A stretch of 64,000 bases of DNA from Octopus vulgaris (taxonomy: Eukaryota). Shown here one piece after another: positions 55,743 through 64,000 of the stretch. A program made the position numbers and the translations under genes. The notes beneath the pieces were generated by a model. It searched no databases. It was not told the DNA's origin and was given only the letters and a program-made list of their open reading frames with translations. The stretch lies in the NCBI GenBank assembly GCA_951406725.2, contig OX597837.1, forward strand, positions 28,830,001-28,894,000. The letters run 5' to 3'. Within the stretch, counting starts at the first letter, position 1. Each line of letters begins with the position of its first letter.

Positions 55743-56257
55743 TCTATATATATAAAACTGTAGTTGTGTGAGTGTCTGTCCCCTACGATTTAGATTCCTA
55801 ACTACTCCCACATTTTGCGGTGCAGTTTAACCAAATTCGGGTATCTTATAGTCGTGATTCATATCAAGCCCGTCTGAGTATTAGCGCGCGTCTACGATGA
55901 GTCAACGATTTTAAAAATAATTTAACATCATTTTTTATTCCATTTTAATGCATAATTTTTCGTGTGTCGATGGCGGCGGAGTTGGCGTCCATGGTCACAC
56001 CTGCACCTGTGTTTGCTTCTCTCCCTTCTTCCCTCCCTCGTGAAGCTGTGGGGAAGGGAGTGTAAGGAAATCAACGTCGTAAAGCGTTGTCAAGGAGACC
56101 AGCGTTCTTTTAGAACAACGACTTCATGGCTTGAAGACACCAAAACAGAAATGGCTAAGAAAGCCCGAATTGGCATCTATAAGGGAAGTAACTCTCTAAA
56201 AATGCTTATATAGTTATTTCCCTTACAAACCCGAGCAACGCCGGGCGATACTGCTAG
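55743..56257 (+). mobile_element. Non-autonomous Helitron-like element with extra internal segment
   Basis: A|TC...CTAG|T with the family hairpin; ~55960-56180 is absent from the other copies. Confidence 0.85.
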
Positions 56258-58203
56258 TAAGGAAATAAAATAAGACACCAAAAGGAGAATGAAAAACACA
56301 ACAGAAGGGAAGAACTAAAATTAGAAATAGCAGTTCAAAAAAGTTCTTTTGTTTTTTTTAAATAAACGATAGCTCGAAGAAGAGAGTTCAAATCCAGACA
56401 GAGGAATTAATTTTTTTGGCCAAAAAAAGGTACTCCTGGCCAAATGTCCAATTGGTAAAATACCTTTCAAAAACAGTCCTTGGTAATCCTTGGTTCTCCG
56501 AGGTAAATCCAGTGGAAAACACAAAGACAATTTCAAAACAAATTAATTTTTGCGGTGGTACTACGCCTCTTCAAAAACACGATTCTAACTGCAAAGTGAG
56601 TCTCTAAAGGCGACCACAGGCAGGAAAATGTCCGGAGCAGAGTGGAGTCTATTACTCACTGAAAAATATTAAATACAGAGCAACAAACTCCACTAAGCCC
56701 TAAAAAATATAAAACAAATGCCTACCTGTAGTCGAGCCTCAAAATTCAATATTTCACGACGAACGACGTGACATCAAGCAGCAACAACTCCCCGCCTAAA
56801 AAACACTTGCGACTTCGGCGACGGTTAGCAAGCTACTTACCACACAACCACTCCTGCGCCTATATGATTTCTAAGTACAACCTGTTGATCTTTTTTCATC
56901 TAGTATATCTGCCAGGCGATAGGTATCTACCTCAGTGCTGCTAGTAAACGGTCCACTGTGATCTTTCATAAAATCCAAGTCGACTGTCCATCGTCCATCC
57001 ACAGCAATGTTGGCGATTTCCTTCTTCTCCAGTCCTTCCACCATTAAGAGCACTCCGTCGGTTGCGACGACGAGGGTCCCAGCTGATACGATCAACGGAA
57101 CAGCTTGCTCGTGAAATTAACGTGCAAGTGGCTGAGCACTCCACAGACATGTGTACCCTTAACGTAGTCCTCGGAGAAATTCAGCGTGACACAGAGTGTG
57201 ACAAGGCTGGCCCTTTGAAATACAGGTACTACTCATTTTTGCCAGCTGAGTGGACTGGAGCAACGTGAAATAAAATGTCTTGCTCAAGGACACAACGCGC
57301 CGCCGGGAATTGAACACACGACCTTACGATCATGAACCGAATGCCCCTAACCACTAAGCCACGCGCCACCATTAACTAGTGCTGGCGGTTATCCCGTTCT
57401 TTAATGATGTCAGGCACTTGCCCTCTAGGTGTGGAGAGTTTGGTATATTGCCTGGGTGCTCCGGATTCACCACCTTCAATCAGATCAGCCGACTTGGATT
57501 TAACTTGAAAAGAAGATGTTAATTTGAATTTCCTTGGCACCTCGACGATTCATCTTATACTTGATAAATCCCACACTGCATTCTGAGTCGAGATTGTGAA
57601 TGGGATCTCTCTTTAGATTAGCTAAGTCCATATTTGCCACAACATGGGGAGACTCGATGATGATGCTTCCAAAACTGATTTTTAGATACATCTTCATAAT
57701 AAGTAACGATTGACTTTTATTAGAAGACTTCTAGACCTCGCAAACATATGAAATGACATAAAATAAGCTGCCCATCCAAAATTACCTGAAATCCGTCTAT
57801 CTAAATAGTGAATTTTGGCCGCCATCTTGGATTTCCGCCATCTTGCAAAAGTTTTATAAGCTATAATAAGTTTATTTTATATCAGTATACTTATTAGTAG
57901 ATTAAAGTTATAGATTTTATGCAGTTTCATTCAAAATTATGCATGATATATATTAAAGTAGGATTTTTCGCCTTTTGGCAGGTTATCAGAATTCAAGGGC
58001 TATATACAGTGGGGATATCGCATTCAGTTTGCAGAAAGTTTGGTTTTGCGGTGATACTTGGACCTGACCACAACTTTTGAGGGGGTTCCGAAAAAATATA
58101 ATTTAAATATACAGATAAGAGTGTTTGTGTTTTATACACAAAATATATACACATGTCTACATTTAAATAAAGAAAAGGCAAAGACTGAAAGATTATAACT
58201 CAA

Positions 58204-58640
<437 letters not shown>

Positions 58641-58854
58641 TATTATATTGTGTGAAATTTGATTTAGTATTTCTAAATTGAATTTTTTTCCCTGTAAGTT
58701 TGGATTTTATTCCCTTAAATAATAATTATATATATATATATCACGTGATCACGTGACCGACCAGACCATCAGATGTTGTTACACATCGCTGGTCACAATG
58801 CGTTCGCATTGTTTTAGCCTTCGAATGACGCCACCCCGCTGGCTAAGCGAGCAG

Positions 58855-58916
<62 letters not shown>

Positions 58917-59140
58917 ATTCGGATTATATAGACTGAAAGAATTAGAGGAGAGAAGGTACGGTGTTACTAGTCCCGACAGCTGTTTCTGGGGGGTCAGAGT
59001 TACTTCATAATATTGGCAGATGTAGTTCACCAAATTGTAGGAAAAAAACTCGGCCTCCTTCTTTAGAGTGGACTGATAAGTGTCTAATGTATCAGATCAT
59101 TATGCAGGGAAATGTTAAGACAGACTGGGCGTAGTAGAAG

Positions 59141-59525
59141 GTGGAGGCGCAATGGCCCAGTGGTTAGGGCAGCGGACTCGCGGTCGTAGGATCGCGGTTT
59201 CGATTCCCAGACCGGGCGTTGTGAGTGTTTATTGAGCGAAAACACCTAAAGCTCCGCGAGGCTCCGGCAGGGGATGGTGGTGATCCCTGCTGTACTCTTT
59301 CACCATAACTTTCTCTCACTTTTACTTCCTGTTTCTGTTGTAGCTGTATTTCAAGGGGCCGGCCTTGTCATTCTCTGTGTCACGCTGAATATCCCCGAGA
59401 ACTACGTTAAGGGTACACGTGTTTGTGGAGTGCTCAGCCACTTACACGTTAATTTCACGAGCAGGCTGTTCCGTTGATTCGGATCAACAGGAACCCTCGT
59501 CGTCGTAACCGACGGAGTGCTTCCC
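59141..59525 (+). mobile_element. Full-length tRNA-derived SINE
   Basis: Family match; TSD agtagaaggt. Confidence 0.92.
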
Positions 59526-59897
59526 AGTAGAAGGTAAGCAAGTAGTTTTGCGGGAGGACGTGGGTGTCTCAATGGGAGTGTGATGAGTGTTGGTGCAAGG
59601 AAAGCCTCCCACTTTGCTTCCACTACACCTGTTCTACCTTTAAATTTGCAATACACTGTGTTATTAAAGCATCTCAAAAATGCAATTACGCAGTTTATAA
59701 AACTATTTTACAATCGAACAACTCACTTGAAACGTATAATTTTTAACCGTGCATTTGTAAATTACGACCAATTAAATAACTCGCCTACTCTTCTTTCTCT
59801 AGTCTTCTTTGAAATATTGTATCGAATTTGAGTCTACATAATTTTCACTACTACATTTTGATTTCGAGCAGTAAACACGTTATAATTTCGATCGGAT

Positions 59898-60291
59898 ATG
59901 GCCAAAAATCGAAGCAAAGGCACGTTTAATGTAAAGCAGGACAAGGAATCACCTGAGAACGGAAAAACGTTAAGACTGTATTTTCTGGTGGTCCTAGTAG
60001 TAATTTCGGTTTTCTCAATGGGATGTGATTTTGGTGCAACATCAAGCGCTATACTTCTCGTCAAAGAAACCATGCAACTTTCAGCGAGTTGGCAAGGGTT
60101 GATTACAGCTGGACCCTTACCCGTGGCTGCAATTATTAGCGTTATTGGATCTCATATTAGCAACAAAATTGGCCGAAAAAAAACAGTTATGGCGAGTAGT
60201 ATTTCCTATTTACTTGGAGCTATTATTTCAGCAAGTGCCGTCAACCAATATATGCTGCTGTTCGGGCGATGTCTGGTTGGTTTTGGATTCG
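59898..60291 (+). CDS. SLC2A13/HMIT-like first coding exon, variant G
   Basis: GCDFGATSSA, NKIGRKK, GRCLVGFGFG; donor G|GTAAG at 60292; 394 nt, phase 1. Confidence 0.88.
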
Positions 60292-60517
60292 GTAAGAGGA
60301 AACAATATTTTTATTCTTGATCTTAATTTGCCATCAGATTTTCCTGCCAATATTTGTTCTTCTAGAACTTTCCGTACGCATTTGATTATAGTCTGAAATA
60401 CGTGCACCGAGTCACAAAACATGCGTCTTTCCATCACTCTTCCTAGTATTTCCAAGCATTCAAACCAAGGTTCCAGTGTTGGGAAAAGAATCAACTACTG
60501 TGTTCCTTCGAGCTGGC

Positions 60518-60625
<108 letters not shown>

Positions 60626-61107
60626 TTATCTCTCTCTCTCTTTACTTGTTTCAGTCATTTGACTGCGGCCATGCTGGAGCACCGCAAATCAACCCCAGGA
60701 CTTATTCTTTGTATGCCTAGTACTTATTCTATCGGTCTCTTTCGCCGAACCGTTCAGTTATGCTGACGTAAACACACCACCATCGGTTGAAACGAGTAAA
60801 AGAGTAAATACATTCATACATACATACATATATACATACATGCATACATACATACATACATACATACATACATACATACATACATTCATACATACATGCA
60901 TACATACATGCATACATACATACATACATACATACATACATACATACATGCATGCATATATGCATGCATACATACATAGATACATATATACATACATACA
61001 TACATACATACATACATACATACATACATACATTCATACATACATACATATATACATACAAACATGCATACATACATGCATACATACATACATACATACA
61101 TACATAC

Positions 61108-64000
<2,893 letters not shown>

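Larger units (their letters stand above)
54180..56822 (-). mobile_element. ORF1-only (HAL1-like) L1/Tx1-related non-LTR element inserted in a SINE head
   Basis: 16-bp TSD ggttagcaagctactt at 54164-54179 and 56823-56838; a single ORF with a CCHC knuckle; no RT between the TSDs. Confidence 0.75.

Overview
Repeat-rich, AT-rich metazoan genomic DNA. The SINE families and microsatellite load look cephalopod/octopus-like (inference). Two host-gene systems are present. (1) At 2.3-18.3 kb, two tandem single-ORF (intronless) GAF-GAF-PDEase phosphodiesterase genes of the PDE5/6/11 type, each with a polybasic CaaX tail. (2) At 29-60 kb, a tandem array of at least seven paralogous first coding exons of an SLC2A13/HMIT-like sugar-porter transporter (five intact, two destroyed by TEs). 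Each intact exon has its own ATG, encodes TM1-TM4, and ends at the same phase-1 G|GTAAG donor, and I see no downstream transporter exons between them. This is a candidate UGT1A/protocadherin-style variable-first-exon (or mutually exclusive exon) locus. The remainder is TEs: L1/Tx1, an ORF1-only HAL1-like element with a 16-bp TSD, Penelope-like elements, hammerhead-like motifs, mariner, Gypsy, CR1 and Dong/R4 fragments, non-autonomous Helitrons, 8-bp-TSD MITEs, tRNA-derived SINEs, foldbacks and local segmental duplications. All calls were made by eye without database searches.
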